A stretch of 64,000 bases of DNA from an uncultured Collinsella sp. (lineage in GTDB: Bacteria; Actinomycetota; Coriobacteriia; Coriobacteriales; Coriobacteriaceae), in contig CALJYM010000033.1 of the NCBI GenBank assembly GCA_937984005.1, positions 2,288 to 66,287 of the forward strand, read 5' to 3'. The notes below the pieces were generated by a model. That model was given only the letters and a program-made list of their open reading frames with translations. It did not search any database and had not been told where the DNA came from. Below are positions 53,204 through 62,561 of the stretch, piece after piece. Made by a program: the position numbers and the translations under genes. Every line of letters starts with the position of its first letter. Position 1 is the first letter of the stretch.

Positions 53204-53935
53204 CTAGTGCAGAATCTTGGACAGGAACTCGCGGCAGCGCGGGTTCTCGGGGTTATCGAAGAAGTGCTCGGGCGTGCCCTCCTCCAGGATGCGGCCGTCC
53301 TCCATAAAGATGACGCGGTCGGCCACCTGGCGCGCAAAGCCCATCTCGTGCGTCACGCAGATCATGGTGATGTCCTCCTGCGCAAGCTCAATCATAACGT
53401 CCAGGACTTCCTGGACCATCTCGGGGTCGAGCGCCGAGGTCGGCTCGTCAAACAGGATGATGGGCTGCTTGGTGCACAGGGCGCGGGCGATGGCGATGCG
53501 CTGCTGCTGACCGCCCGAGAGGTTCTGCGGATACTCGCCGGCCTTATGCGCCATGCCAACGCGCTTGAGCGCGGCGATGGCGATCTCGGTCGCCTCCTCC
53601 TTGCTCTTCTTTTGCAGCTTGATGGGCGCGAGCGTCAGGTTGCCGAGCACCGTCATGTTGGGATACAGGTTGAACTGCTGAAACACCATGGAACTATACT
53701 TACGAGCCATCTCCAGGTGATTCTTTTTGGTGAGCGGCGTACCGTCGATGACGACCTCGCCCGACGTGGGCTCCTCCAGATAATCGACGCAACGGATGAG
53801 TGTCGACTTACCCGAGCCGGAAGGCCCGATCATTACGAGCTTCTCGCCGCGCTTGACGGTGAGATTGATATCTTTGAGCACATGCAGGTCGCCAAAGTAC
53901 TTGTTGAGATGCTTGATCTCGATCATGTCTGCCAT
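53204..53935 (-). CDS. Amino-acid ABC transporter ATP-binding protein (GlnQ-like)
   Basis: Motifs [17 protein letters not shown] and [11 protein letters not shown]. Confidence 0.85.
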   Translation of the reverse strand: MADMIEIKHLNKYFGDLHVLKDINLTVKRGEKLVMIGPSGSGKSTLIRCVDYLEEPTSGEVVIDGTPLTKKNHLEMARKYSSMVFQQFNLYPNMTVLGNLTLAPIKLQKKSKEEATEIAIAALKRVGMAHKAGEYPQNLSGGQQQRIAIARALCTKQPIILFDEPTSALDPEMVQEVLDVMIELAQEDITMICVTHEMGFARQVADRVIFMEDGRILEEGTPEHFFDNPENPRCREFLSKILH

Positions 53936-54035
53936 GAATGTCCCTTCCCTGCGTTTACACGAGTTGCACTATTGTACGGAAAGAACCACGTTTCCGCAGC
54001 CCACACTACATTCCCGTAAAGAACCCGCAACCTTT

Positions 54036-54120
54036 AACCCACTCATTGGGGACAGGCTTAAATGAGTGCCCGCTCATTGGGTACTCATTTAAGTCTGTCC
54101 CCAATGAGCGCCAAAATAAT
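54036..54120. repeat. 24-bp inverted repeat (CATTGGGGACAGGCTTAAATGAGT ... ACTCATTTAAGTCTGTCCCCAATGAG) in the leader region of the amino-acid ABC operon
   Basis: Arms are reverse complements around the centre gcccgctcattgggt and contain the GGGGACAGG core shared with other intergenic repeats. Confidence 0.55.
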
Positions 54121-54261
54121 ACAACCGCCCTTGTTGAGCATAAGTCAGCGAAAACCCGTACACGCAAGCAAGGTGACGTGAAATGAAAGGGCGCAGACCT
54201 TATGGTCGCGCCCTTGAAATTGAACGTCTGATTGCCGCGTGTACGGGTTTGCAGCGTCGAG

Positions 54262-54292
54262 CCGTTACGCGGTTTGGTAAAACCGCGTAACA
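54262..54292 (-). terminator. Perfect palindrome GTTACGCGGTTT-GGTAA-AAACCGCGTAAC just downstream of the yqeY-like gene; terminator hairpin
   Basis: 12-bp stem located 3 bp past the stop at 54295. Confidence 0.6.
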
Positions 54293-54294
54293 AA

Positions 54295-54744
54295 TTACGC
54301 AAGTTTGGCGCCGACGATCTTTGCTGCGGCCGGCTTATCGAAGTTGCCGCCGGTAGCCTTGCCGAGTGCGCCCATGACCTGGCCCATCTGCTTCTTAGAG
54401 GTCGCGCCCAGCTCGGCGATAACCTGCTCGATCAGGGCCTCGAGTTCCTCGCCCGAAACCTGCGCGGGCAGCAGGCTCTCCAGAATCTTGACCTGCTCGG
54501 TCAGGTTGTCGGTACGCTCCTGGTCGGTACCGGCCTTAATGGACATCTCCAGCGTCTCGCTCGTCTGCTTAATCAGACGCTTGATCATGCTGTTGACGTC
54601 TTCCTCGGTCACGTCGCGGCGCTCGTTAACCTCGATATTCTTCACCTCGGCCTTGACCTGGCGAATGATGGACAGGCGAACCTTATCCTTGGCCTTCATG
54701 GCGGCGATCATTTCCTGCTGCAGCTCTTCGTTGGTCATCTGCAA
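54295..54744 (-). CDS. GatB/YqeY domain protein
   Basis: 149 aa of the YqeY family (MQMTNEELQQEMIAAMKAKDK...). Confidence 0.7.
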   Translation of the reverse strand: MQMTNEELQQEMIAAMKAKDKVRLSIIRQVKAEVKNIEVNERRDVTEEDVNSMIKRLIKQTSETLEMSIKAGTDQERTDNLTEQVKILESLLPAQVSGEELEALIEQVIAELGATSKKQMGQVMGALGKATGGNFDKPAAAKIVGAKLA

Positions 54745-54792
54745 ATCCTCCTCAATAGTGTGGGCGGCACTCGCACGAGCGCCGCCCCATGA

Positions 54793-56013
54793 TTACTCAG
54801 TCGTCGACGAATCGTCGGTCGAACTCTTGGTGACGCCCTTCAGGCTGACGTTGTACGGTACGTCCTTGGGCATGGGGTTGACGGTGATGTCGGCGTCCTT
54901 CTTGTACTGTTCCAGCCACTCGCTGTATGCAGTGCTGGCCGCCTGCGTCTTCACCACGTTGGAAATATACTTCTTGATGTCCTTGGGTACCTGCTTGATG
55001 TCATCGACCTGGCTATCGACATGGAAGTAGTCGGTGCACTTGATGACATGGTAACCGTACGTCGACTCAACCACGTCGCTCACATCGCCCTTGTTGAGTC
55101 CCTCGAGCGCCGCCTGGTAGCTGTCGACGAAGGTGGTGAGCTTGTCCCAGCCCACATCGCCCTTCTTCTCCTTGGAGCCGGTGTCATCGGAATACTGCTT
55201 CACGGCGTCCTCAAAGCTCAGTTCGCCGGAGTTGATTTTGTCCAGGCACTCCTGCGCCTTGGCCTTGGCGGCGGCCTTGTCCTCGTCAGATGCGTCGGAA
55301 TCAACCTTGATCAGGATGTTCGACGAGCGGCGGGCATCGTTGTAGTTAGACAGGTTCTCGTTGATGTAATCGACGATCTCACTGTCCTTGGGCTTACTGG
55401 TGGGCGCCACGGCGTCCTTAAGCTTTTGCTGTGCCAGGTTCTCCTTGAGCGAGTCCTTGTAGGTGTCCTCGGTATAGCCGTAGGTCTTAAGGGTCTTCTT
55501 AAAGGCCTTGGCACCGCCCGCGCTCTTGCACGCGTCCTTCCATGCCTTCTCGACCTCCTCGTCCGACACCGTCACGCCGTTTTCCTTCTGCGCCTGCTGG
55601 AGCAGAATCTGCTGCGTGTAGGAATCGATGAGCTGCTTGCGGTACTTTTTGGGCGTCAGGTCGTTGTCGACCAGATACTGCGCCCAGTCCTTGTCCTTGG
55701 TGTAACCGTAGGACGTGCGCATGCTCATGATCTGCTTGGTCACGGTGTCCTCGGTGAGGTTGGTGCCGTTGATGGTGGCGGCGACACCGCCGGTAAGCTT
55801 GTAGCTCGAGGTATCCTCTGCCTGCGACATGAGACCGGAGCATGCCATGGCCGAGACGGAAAGCAGCATTGCCAGCACGCCGATAACCACCAGGACGATC
55901 TTGACGGTCTTAGACACGTACGTCTTGCGCTGCTTCTTACGAGAGCTGGAGGCGGCGCGAGCCTGCTGCTCGGGCGCCGGCGCGGCCTCGGAGTTCTTTT
56001 TCTTGTTTGCCAT
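54793..56013 (-). CDS. prsA: Membrane-anchored parvulin-type peptidyl-prolyl isomerase / foldase (PrsA/SurA-like)
   Basis: N-terminal Lys-rich region and TM anchor (VLVVIGVLAMLLSVSAMA); the C-terminal parvulin segment is GDVGWDKLTTFVDSYQAALEGLNKGDVSDVVESTYGYHVIKC. Confidence 0.7.
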   Translation of the reverse strand: MANKKKNSEAAPAPEQQARAASSSRKKQRKTYVSKTVKIVLVVIGVLAMLLSVSAMACSGLMSQAEDTSSYKLTGGVAATINGTNLTEDTVTKQIMSMRTSYGYTKDKDWAQYLVDNDLTPKKYRKQLIDSYTQQILLQQAQKENGVTVSDEEVEKAWKDACKSAGGAKAFKKTLKTYGYTEDTYKDSLKENLAQQKLKDAVAPTSKPKDSEIVDYINENLSNYNDARRSSNILIKVDSDASDEDKAAAKAKAQECLDKINSGELSFEDAVKQYSDDTGSKEKKGDVGWDKLTTFVDSYQAALEGLNKGDVSDVVESTYGYHVIKCTDYFHVDSQVDDIKQVPKDIKKYISNVVKTQAASTAYSEWLEQYKKDADITVNPMPKDVPYNVSLKGVTKSSTDDSSTTE

Positions 56014-56200
56014 AGTTGGCCTTTCGCATCACGAATCGAACAAACGCCATTGTGTCACAACGCGGACCCCGCGACACACCTGGTGCATGGGGGACAGGTC
56101 AATCTGCACCATTTTGGTGCAAAGGGGGCTCTTCTGGCTGTCGGCAGTTAGGGACATTCCTTTTCTGCCGGCAGTTAGGAACAATCCCCAAGTGCCGGCC

Positions 56201-56665
56201 CTAAAAGTGGCGACGGATGGCGTCGACCATGCCCTGGCATATGGTCTGGCCGAGCACATCGGCTGCGGCGTCGGCATCCATAAAGATATTCATAAGCGAT
56301 TGCAGGGCCTCGACCTGGCCGCCCGGCTCGGCGATGCCCAGATTGATGATGATCTGCGCCGGCACGGGGGCACCCATGCCCGCCATTGCGCTGAACACCA
56401 CGGGCGCCGCGGGCTTTACCACCGCGATATAGGGCTTAGCCACAAATCCGGGATCGGTGTGCGGGATGGCGATGTTGGCCGCCGGCATGGCAAGACCCGT
56501 GGGATAGGCGTCCTCGCGCGTGCGGACGGCATCGAGCCAACCGGGCGCAATGTAGCCGCGAGGTGCAAGCTCGTCCTCGAGCCGCGCAAACACCTCATCC
56601 GGCGTCGCGCACTCCCAATCAAAAAACACCAGCTCAGGCGTAAACAATGCTTCGTTATCCGCCAT
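56201..56665 (-). CDS. ptsN: PTS EIIA component of the fructose/nitrogen-regulatory type (PtsN-like)
   Basis: 154 aa; the His phosphorylation region is IAIPHTDPGF. Confidence 0.65.
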   Translation of the reverse strand: MADNEALFTPELVFFDWECATPDEVFARLEDELAPRGYIAPGWLDAVRTREDAYPTGLAMPAANIAIPHTDPGFVAKPYIAVVKPAAPVVFSAMAGMGAPVPAQIIINLGIAEPGGQVEALQSLMNIFMDADAAADVLGQTICQGMVDAIRRHF

Positions 56666-56686
56666 GGGCCCACCTCTCTCACCTTG

Positions 56687-56736
56687 TCACCTGCGACGTT
56701 CTTTAACGACTAGTCATTGAAGAGCGTCGCAGGTGA
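56687..56736 (-). terminator. 12-bp perfect stem (TCACCTGCGACG ... CGTCGCAGGTGA) downstream of purN; terminator of the pur cluster
   Basis: Inverted repeat at 56687-56698 and 56725-56736. Confidence 0.55.
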
Positions 56737-56817
56737 TTACCTAAAACAAAGGATGGCCACTTGCGCCTTGGCGCCAATGACCACCCTGACTACTCGGCTA
56801 AATTGTACTGTGCGCCA

Positions 56818-57519
56818 CTAGCCGCGCGGCGCATCAATTGCGACCTTGCCGCTCTCCAACACGTGGACGCGGCCGTCGGCGAGCATCTGCACGACCTCGG
56901 GATACAGCACGTGCTCAATCGCGTGGATGTGCTCCTCGAGCGTATCGACATCCCAATCTTCCTCGACAGCCAGCGCGCGCTGGGCGATGATGGGGCCGTT
57001 GTCGTAGATCTCGTTGGCAAAATGCACGGTCACACCGGTTACCTTGACGCCGCGCGCAAAGGCATCGTCGATCGCATGCGCGCCGGTAAAGCTCGGCAGC
57101 AGCGCCGGATGCAAGTTGACCACGCGGTTGGGAAACGCCGCCAGCAGCGGCGTATGCACCATGCGCATGTAGCCGGCCATGACCACATACTCGCAGCCGC
57201 GCTCGAGCAGCTCGTGCGCGATGATCTCGTCGGCGGCGATGGGGTCGGCATAGACATCCTTGGACAGCGTAAGCGTCTGGATACCCGCACGCTCGGCACG
57301 CTGCAGACCCTTGGCCGAAGGACGGCTCGACACCACGAGCTCAATCGAGGCATTGAGCTTATCCGCGGCGATCAGGTCGATCAGCGCCTGCAGATTGGTG
57401 CCGGAGCCGCTGATAAGCACACCGATCTTGAGCGGCTCAGCCGTATCGGTGCCAGTCGGGCGGGTATAGGGCACAAAGTCCAGGCCCTCGGCGGCAGCCA
57501 TCTGCTCGTTAGCGCTCAT
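56818..57519 (-). CDS. purN: Phosphoribosylglycinamide formyltransferase
   Basis: Motifs KIGVLISGSGTNLQALID and NLHPALLPSFTG; start at MSANEQ (57519) overlaps the purM stop by 11 nt. An alternative start lies at 57501. Confidence 0.8.
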   Translation of the reverse strand: MSANEQMAAAEGLDFVPYTRPTGTDTAEPLKIGVLISGSGTNLQALIDLIAADKLNASIELVVSSRPSAKGLQRAERAGIQTLTLSKDVYADPIAADEIIAHELLERGCEYVVMAGYMRMVHTPLLAAFPNRVVNLHPALLPSFTGAHAIDDAFARGVKVTGVTVHFANEIYDNGPIIAQRALAVEEDWDVDTLEEHIHAIEHVLYPEVVQMLADGRVHVLESGKVAIDAPRG

Positions 57520-58612
57520 CGGAGTACACGACCTTACCGGAACCCTCGACACACTCGCCCACGCGGAACGGCTTCTCGCCCAGCGCAACCAGGGCCTCGG
57601 TCACGGCAGCCTCGTCCTCGGGGGCGACGATCAGGCACAGGCCGACGCCCATGTTGAAGGTCTTGCATGCCTCGTTGGGCGCGAGCTCGGCCTGACGCGA
57701 CACGTAGGTGATGACGGGCGGAACATCCCAGCCCATCTCGGCGCCGTTGCGGGTGACCACAGCGTCGACGTCGTCGGCAAGCGCGCGGTTGAGGTTCTCG
57801 GTAATACCGCCGCCGGTGATGTGGGCAATGGCATGAACGTTGGCGCCATTGCGCAGCAGCTCCAGAATCGGCTTGACGTAGATGCGCGTGGGGGCCAGCA
57901 GGGCGTCGGCCAGCGAAGCACCGCCGAGCTCCTCGAGCGGACGGCTCAGCTCCTCGGCCTTAGCGGCGGCCTCGGGCGTGCCCGGCTTGATGCCGTCAAC
58001 ACCGATGACCTTACGCACGAGCGAGTAGCCGTTGGAATGCACGCCGGTGGAGGGCAGGCCCAGGATGACATCGCCGGGGCGGACGTTCGCGGGGTCGAGC
58101 ATCTTGGGACGGTCGACGACGCCCACGGTAAATCCGGCAAGGTCGTAGTCGGCAGGAGCCATGACGCCGGGATGCTCGGCCATCTCGCCGCCCACGAGCG
58201 CGCAGCCCGCGAGCTTGCAGCCATCGGCCACGCCCTTGATGATCTTTGCCATGTGCTCGGCCTCAATGTGGCCGATGGCAACGTAGTCCAGGAAGAACAG
58301 CGGCTCGGCGCCCGAAGCCAAAATGTCGTTAACGCACATGGCGACCAGGTCCTGGCCCACCGTCTCGTGACGGTCCATGATCTGGGCGAGCACGAGCTTG
58401 GTGCCCACACCGTCGGTACCGCTGATCAGGATCGGGTCTTCCATATCCTTAAGCGCGGCGGCCGAGAACAGGCCACCAAAGCCACCGATACCGCCGATGA
58501 CCTCGGGGCGGTTGGTGTCCTTAACCATTTGCTTAATCGCGTCGACGGCGCGGCCGCCCTCGGCGGTATCGACGCCGGCATCCTCATACGTCACATGCTT
58601 GCTGTCGCTCAT
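57509..58612 (-). CDS. purM: Phosphoribosylformylglycinamidine cyclo-ligase
   Basis: MSDSKHVTYEDAGVD N-terminus and AIR synthase N- and C-terminal domains. Confidence 0.9.
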   Translation of the reverse strand: MSDSKHVTYEDAGVDTAEGGRAVDAIKQMVKDTNRPEVIGGIGGFGGLFSAAALKDMEDPILISGTDGVGTKLVLAQIMDRHETVGQDLVAMCVNDILASGAEPLFFLDYVAIGHIEAEHMAKIIKGVADGCKLAGCALVGGEMAEHPGVMAPADYDLAGFTVGVVDRPKMLDPANVRPGDVILGLPSTGVHSNGYSLVRKVIGVDGIKPGTPEAAAKAEELSRPLEELGGASLADALLAPTRIYVKPILELLRNGANVHAIAHITGGGITENLNRALADDVDAVVTRNGAEMGWDVPPVITYVSRQAELAPNEACKTFNMGVGLCLIVAPEDEAAVTEALVALGEKPFRVGECVEGSGKVVYSDER

Positions 58613-58727
58613 CTGAGCCTTCCTCTCCCACTACCGTGGCGCCGCCCGGGCGCCAAACGGTGCTCATAGTTGCCCTCGATTCGGCGCGCGTCATAGCAAC
58701 GAGCGCCGCTCAATCAACAAAACAGCA

Positions 58728-58773
58728 GGTAAAACCTACCAAAATAAGCCTGTCCCCAAATGGCAGGTTTTAG
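58728..58773. repeat. Small palindromic element AAAACCTACCA-aaataagcctgtcccca-AATGGCAGGTTTT directly downstream of purF (terminator-like; same family as 46173-46215)
   Basis: 11-bp stem with one mismatch, a CCTGTCCC-containing loop, and flanking A- and T-tracts. Confidence 0.6.
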
Positions 58774-60440
58774 GCCTCGCCGTGCTTCTCTTCCCAGCTG
58801 CGGTCGTCGTATTTCTCGACCACGGCGTCGTCGTCAAAGTGCAGCGGCTTATCCAGGTTACGGGGCTTAAAGCCCTCCATAAACTTGTCGCGGCCAAAGC
58901 TCTCGGGAATCGCCACGGGATAACGGCCGGTAAAGCATGCATCGCAGTAGCCGCCCTTGGGCATGACCTTCAGCAGGCCCTCAACCGAAAGGAAGGCCAG
59001 CGAATCGGCGCCGATATACTCGCAGATCTCCTCGACCGTCTTGTTGGCGCTGATGAGCTGCGACTGCACGTCGGTATCGATACCGTAGAAGCACGGCCAG
59101 ATGACCTCGGGCGAGTTGATGCGGATGTGAATCTCCTTGGCGCCGGCATTGCGCAGCATCTTGACGAGCTGCACCATGGTGGTGCCGCGTACGATGGAGT
59201 CGTCGATCACGACAAGGCGCTTGCCCTCGATGTTGTCGCGCAGCGGGTTGAGCTTCATGCGCACGCCCATGGCGCGCAGCTCCTGCGTGGGCTCGATAAA
59301 CGTACGGCCCACATAGCGATTCTTGATGAGGCCCTCGCCAAAGGGAATGCCGCTCTCGTGCGAATAGCCCTCCGCGGGCGGCAGGCCGGAGTCGGGCACG
59401 CCGATGACCAGGTCGGCCTCGACGGGCTCCTCGTGTGCCAACTGACGACCCATGTCGTAGCGGCAGGCGTAGACGCTCTTGCCGTTCATGATGGAGTCGG
59501 GGCGGGCAAAGTAGACCTGCTCAAAGATGCAGTTAGCGGACTCTTCGGCTGCGGGCACACCCTGCTCGGACACCAGACCCTCGGCGCTGATGCGCAAAAT
59601 CTCGCCGGGGCGGACATCACGGACATACTCGGCGCCCACGATATCGAGCGCGCACGTCTCGGAAGCAACGACCCAGCCGCCGGCGCGCGTGACATGGACG
59701 GCGGAGTCGACCGTCGAGGCACCGTCTTGCGAGGGCAGCTGCGAAACAGAAGCGGCGTCGGCCTGGTCCAGGCCCTCGTCCACGAGCTTGCCCAGCACCA
59801 GCGGGCGAATGCCGTGCGGATCGCGGAATGCATAGAGCGCCTGCTCGTTGATGAGCGTCATGGCGTAGCCGCCGCGCACGAGCTCCATGGTCTTGCGAAT
59901 GCCCTCGCGCAGGTGGCCCGTACGCTGAGTAAAGTAGCCGATGAGTTTGGTCGCGACCTCGGAATCCGAGTTGGAGAGGAACGGCACGCCCAGCTCGATC
60001 AGCTGGCGGCGCAGCTCGTCGGTGTTGACGAGGGTGCCGTTGTGCGCGAGCGCGATAATGACGCTATTGATGGTAGAGAGGTGCGGCTGAGAGGCTTCCC
60101 AGCTCTTGGCGCCGGCGGTGCCGTAGCGCACATGGCCCACGGCCAGCTGACCGGAGAGCGTCGACAAGTCGGCATTGGAGAACACGCGGTCGAGCAGGCC
60201 CAGGTCCTTGCGGACCATAACTGTGCCGCCGTCACCCACGGCGATTCCCGCCGATTCCTGGCCGCGATGCTGCAACGCGCGCAGACCAAAGTACGTCAGC
60301 CGAGCCACATCGCGATCGGGTGCCCACACACCAAAGATGCCGCATTCCTCATGCAGCTGGTCGGAGTCCGGATCATACGTCGACATGGTCGTCACCTGTC
60401 CCGTGGCACGCTCGGCCGCGCGGATGGTTTCTTGAGACAT
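58770..60440 (-). CDS. purF: Amidophosphoribosyltransferase
   Basis: Propeptide ending at HEECGIFGV (Ntn Cys), PRTase motif VVIDDSIVRGTT, and C-terminal Cys cluster CDACFTGRYP; a TATAAT -10 element lies about 35 nt upstream of the start. Confidence 0.9.
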   Translation of the reverse strand: MSQETIRAAERATGQVTTMSTYDPDSDQLHEECGIFGVWAPDRDVARLTYFGLRALQHRGQESAGIAVGDGGTVMVRKDLGLLDRVFSNADLSTLSGQLAVGHVRYGTAGAKSWEASQPHLSTINSVIIALAHNGTLVNTDELRRQLIELGVPFLSNSDSEVATKLIGYFTQRTGHLREGIRKTMELVRGGYAMTLINEQALYAFRDPHGIRPLVLGKLVDEGLDQADAASVSQLPSQDGASTVDSAVHVTRAGGWVVASETCALDIVGAEYVRDVRPGEILRISAEGLVSEQGVPAAEESANCIFEQVYFARPDSIMNGKSVYACRYDMGRQLAHEEPVEADLVIGVPDSGLPPAEGYSHESGIPFGEGLIKNRYVGRTFIEPTQELRAMGVRMKLNPLRDNIEGKRLVVIDDSIVRGTTMVQLVKMLRNAGAKEIHIRINSPEVIWPCFYGIDTDVQSQLISANKTVEEICEYIGADSLAFLSVEGLLKVMPKGGYCDACFTGRYPVAIPESFGRDKFMEGFKPRNLDKPLHFDDDAVVEKYDDRSWEEKHGEA

Positions 60441-60737
60441 GGCATCCCCTCAGAGCCTCGTTATTTGGCGTTACCCGCCCTATTATACGCACGGTAAGAC
60501 AAGCACTCCCGCGCATGAGCAGCGCTTTTTAAAAGCCCACCGAGCTAATAATCCGTTTTGCGGCCAAACATTTTATTGGGGAACCCGCCCGCGCGCTCAA
60601 CGATCCCGTATGCTTCCGTCGCGACGCGTCCCGGCGACCGTTAGGGCTTACATTGCTGCAATTGGGACGTTCGTCCTGTCTTTTAGCAGGTCGGCGGCGT
60701 ATCCTTGTAGCCTAGGACAAAACGAGAAAGGTTCTGT

Positions 60738-61967
60738 ATGGATCGAAACGAACTCGACCCCAGCGTCCCCAGCGCCACGGAGGTCAAGAAGATCCCCCTC
60801 ATCATTAAGGTGTACGCCGTCCTGTGCATCCTGTCCGGCGTGGGTACGCTCCCGTCGGTCGCCGCCTTTATGTGGCAGGTCATCACCGCACTCATCAACG
60901 GCAACGCCGCCGCCAAGCTCGGCGACAACACGCTCGTCGCGGTTGGACTCATCGTCGCCGGCATCATGCTCTCGGCGGCGAGCGCGGTCATCTTAATCAT
61001 CTTCGGCCTGGACCTTATCAAGAACCAGCGCCGCAACGCCGCGCGCCTGTCCTATATCCTTATTGCATTCACCGTCGTCGAGCTTTTGGTCGACGTGATA
61101 CTCCAGGGTATCGGGCTCTTCTTGCTTCGTCCCGCCATCCAGCTCGGCATCCTCGTTGCGCTTTCGGCCACCGTTGACCCCACGCTTCGTCAGGAGCGCG
61201 AGCTGCAGCGCCGCCTGCAGGAAATGCTCGATCGCGACGCCGCCGCCGAGGGCATGCTCGGCCGCGATGAGACCGGCGAAGGCTACATCAAGCTCAACTA
61301 CTTCAACCTGTTCTGGGTATTCCTCGTCTGCTGCGTGCTCGGCCTGATTGCCGAGGACATCTGGCACATGACGGTCGACGACCCAGGCGTCTACCAGGAC
61401 CGCGCCGGCATGCTGTTCGGTCCCTTCAGCCCCATCTATGGCTTTGGCGCCGTACTCATGACCATGGTGCTCAACCGCTTCTATAAAAAGAACCCCATCA
61501 TCATTTTCCTGGTAAGCGCTGTGCTCGGCGCGAGCTTTGAGGTGTTCGTGGGCTGGTTTATGCAGACCTCATTTGGCGTGGTCTCGTGGAGCTACTCGCA
61601 CGTGAAGCTGTTCGGCATGCCCGACCCACTCGCCGTCCTTACGGGCGGACGCACCTGCACAGGCTTTGCCTGCCTGTGGGGCCTGGGTGGCCTTATCTGG
61701 ATCAAGTTGCTGCTGCCGAGGCTGCTCAAGCTCATCAACATGATTCCGTGGAAGAGCCGCTACTCGGCTACCGTCATCTTTACCGTCATTATGCTGGTCG
61801 ACGGCGTCATGACGCTGCAGTCGCTCGACTACTGGTACCAGCGCGTCAACGGCACGGAGCCGGATATTCCCGTCGCGCAGTTCTACGGCAAGTATTTCGA
61901 TAATGAATACATGGAAAATCGCTTCCAGAGCATGACCATGAGCCCCAAGGACGCCACACGCGTATAG
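60738..61967 (+). CDS. Polytopic membrane protein of unknown function
   Basis: 409 aa with about 8 hydrophobic segments and a central charged coiled segment (RQERELQRRLQEMLDRDAAAEG); no recognisable catalytic motif. Confidence 0.5.
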   Translation: MDRNELDPSVPSATEVKKIPLIIKVYAVLCILSGVGTLPSVAAFMWQVITALINGNAAAKLGDNTLVAVGLIVAGIMLSAASAVILIIFGLDLIKNQRRNAARLSYILIAFTVVELLVDVILQGIGLFLLRPAIQLGILVALSATVDPTLRQERELQRRLQEMLDRDAAAEGMLGRDETGEGYIKLNYFNLFWVFLVCCVLGLIAEDIWHMTVDDPGVYQDRAGMLFGPFSPIYGFGAVLMTMVLNRFYKKNPIIIFLVSAVLGASFEVFVGWFMQTSFGVVSWSYSHVKLFGMPDPLAVLTGGRTCTGFACLWGLGGLIWIKLLLPRLLKLINMIPWKSRYSATVIFTVIMLVDGVMTLQSLDYWYQRVNGTEPDIPVAQFYGKYFDNEYMENRFQSMTMSPKDATRV

Positions 61968-62076
61968 CGCTGGCGCTGCTGCAAGTCGGTTCCAACGGAC
62001 AAGTAAGCCCGCTGGCAGTTCAATCTAACTGCCAGCGGGCTCTTGCTACAGATGGGCTCGAATCGATCGCAAAGCC

Positions 62077-62496
62077 CTATGCCTCGCGCTCTACCTCGTT
62101 CACGCATTCATTCTTGATGGTGCCGACAAGCGACTGCAGGGCATCGACCACGTGCGGACGAATGTCTCCGCCAATGAGCACGAGCATGATATCGTCGCCC
62201 ACGGAAAGCTCGCCGCTCGCCAGCCACACGCGCACATAGCCGATGCCGGGCATCGCGCGCGTGGCTTCGATGGCAGACCGCACCTTTTCGGCGTCGTAGT
62301 CAAAGACCATGCCGCCCACCTTGTGGCCCGGCGCCACGCCACCGGTCTCAACTCCGCGCACCTCGGCCTTGGGCGTCGCACGCACCACACCGTTATGCGT
62401 CAGATACATACCGCACGCAGGCGCCGACGAATCGGCTTTGGCCTCGCGCAGCCAAGCATCAATCGAAGGCATCGTTTTGCCATTCTCGAGCATCAT
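62077..62496 (-). CDS. MoaE-like protein (molybdopterin synthase catalytic subunit family), tentative
   Basis: The segment IGYVRVWLASGELSVGDDIMLVLIGGDIRPHVVDALQSLVGTIKNE aligns by eye to the MoaE region RIGELWPGDEIVFVGVTSAHRSSAFEAGQFIMDYLKTRAPFWKRE. Confidence 0.4.
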   Translation of the reverse strand: MMLENGKTMPSIDAWLREAKADSSAPACGMYLTHNGVVRATPKAEVRGVETGGVAPGHKVGGMVFDYDAEKVRSAIEATRAMPGIGYVRVWLASGELSVGDDIMLVLIGGDIRPHVVDALQSLVGTIKNECVNEVEREA

Positions 62497-62561
62497 TTCC
62501 TCCTTTTACCGTCATCGAGCAGCTCATTTGGGACAGGGCTCTTTTAGCTACTCTTAACAAT

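Noticed and set aside
58782-60497. 571-aa plus-strand ORF antisense to purF
   Set aside because: purF on the minus strand has the Ntn-Cys propeptide and PRTase motifs.
60441-60737. Possible purine or ZTP riboswitch in the purF leader
   Set aside because: A TATAAT element lies only ~35 nt upstream of the purF start, so the 5' UTR is too short for a riboswitch aptamer, and no conserved aptamer motifs were recognised.
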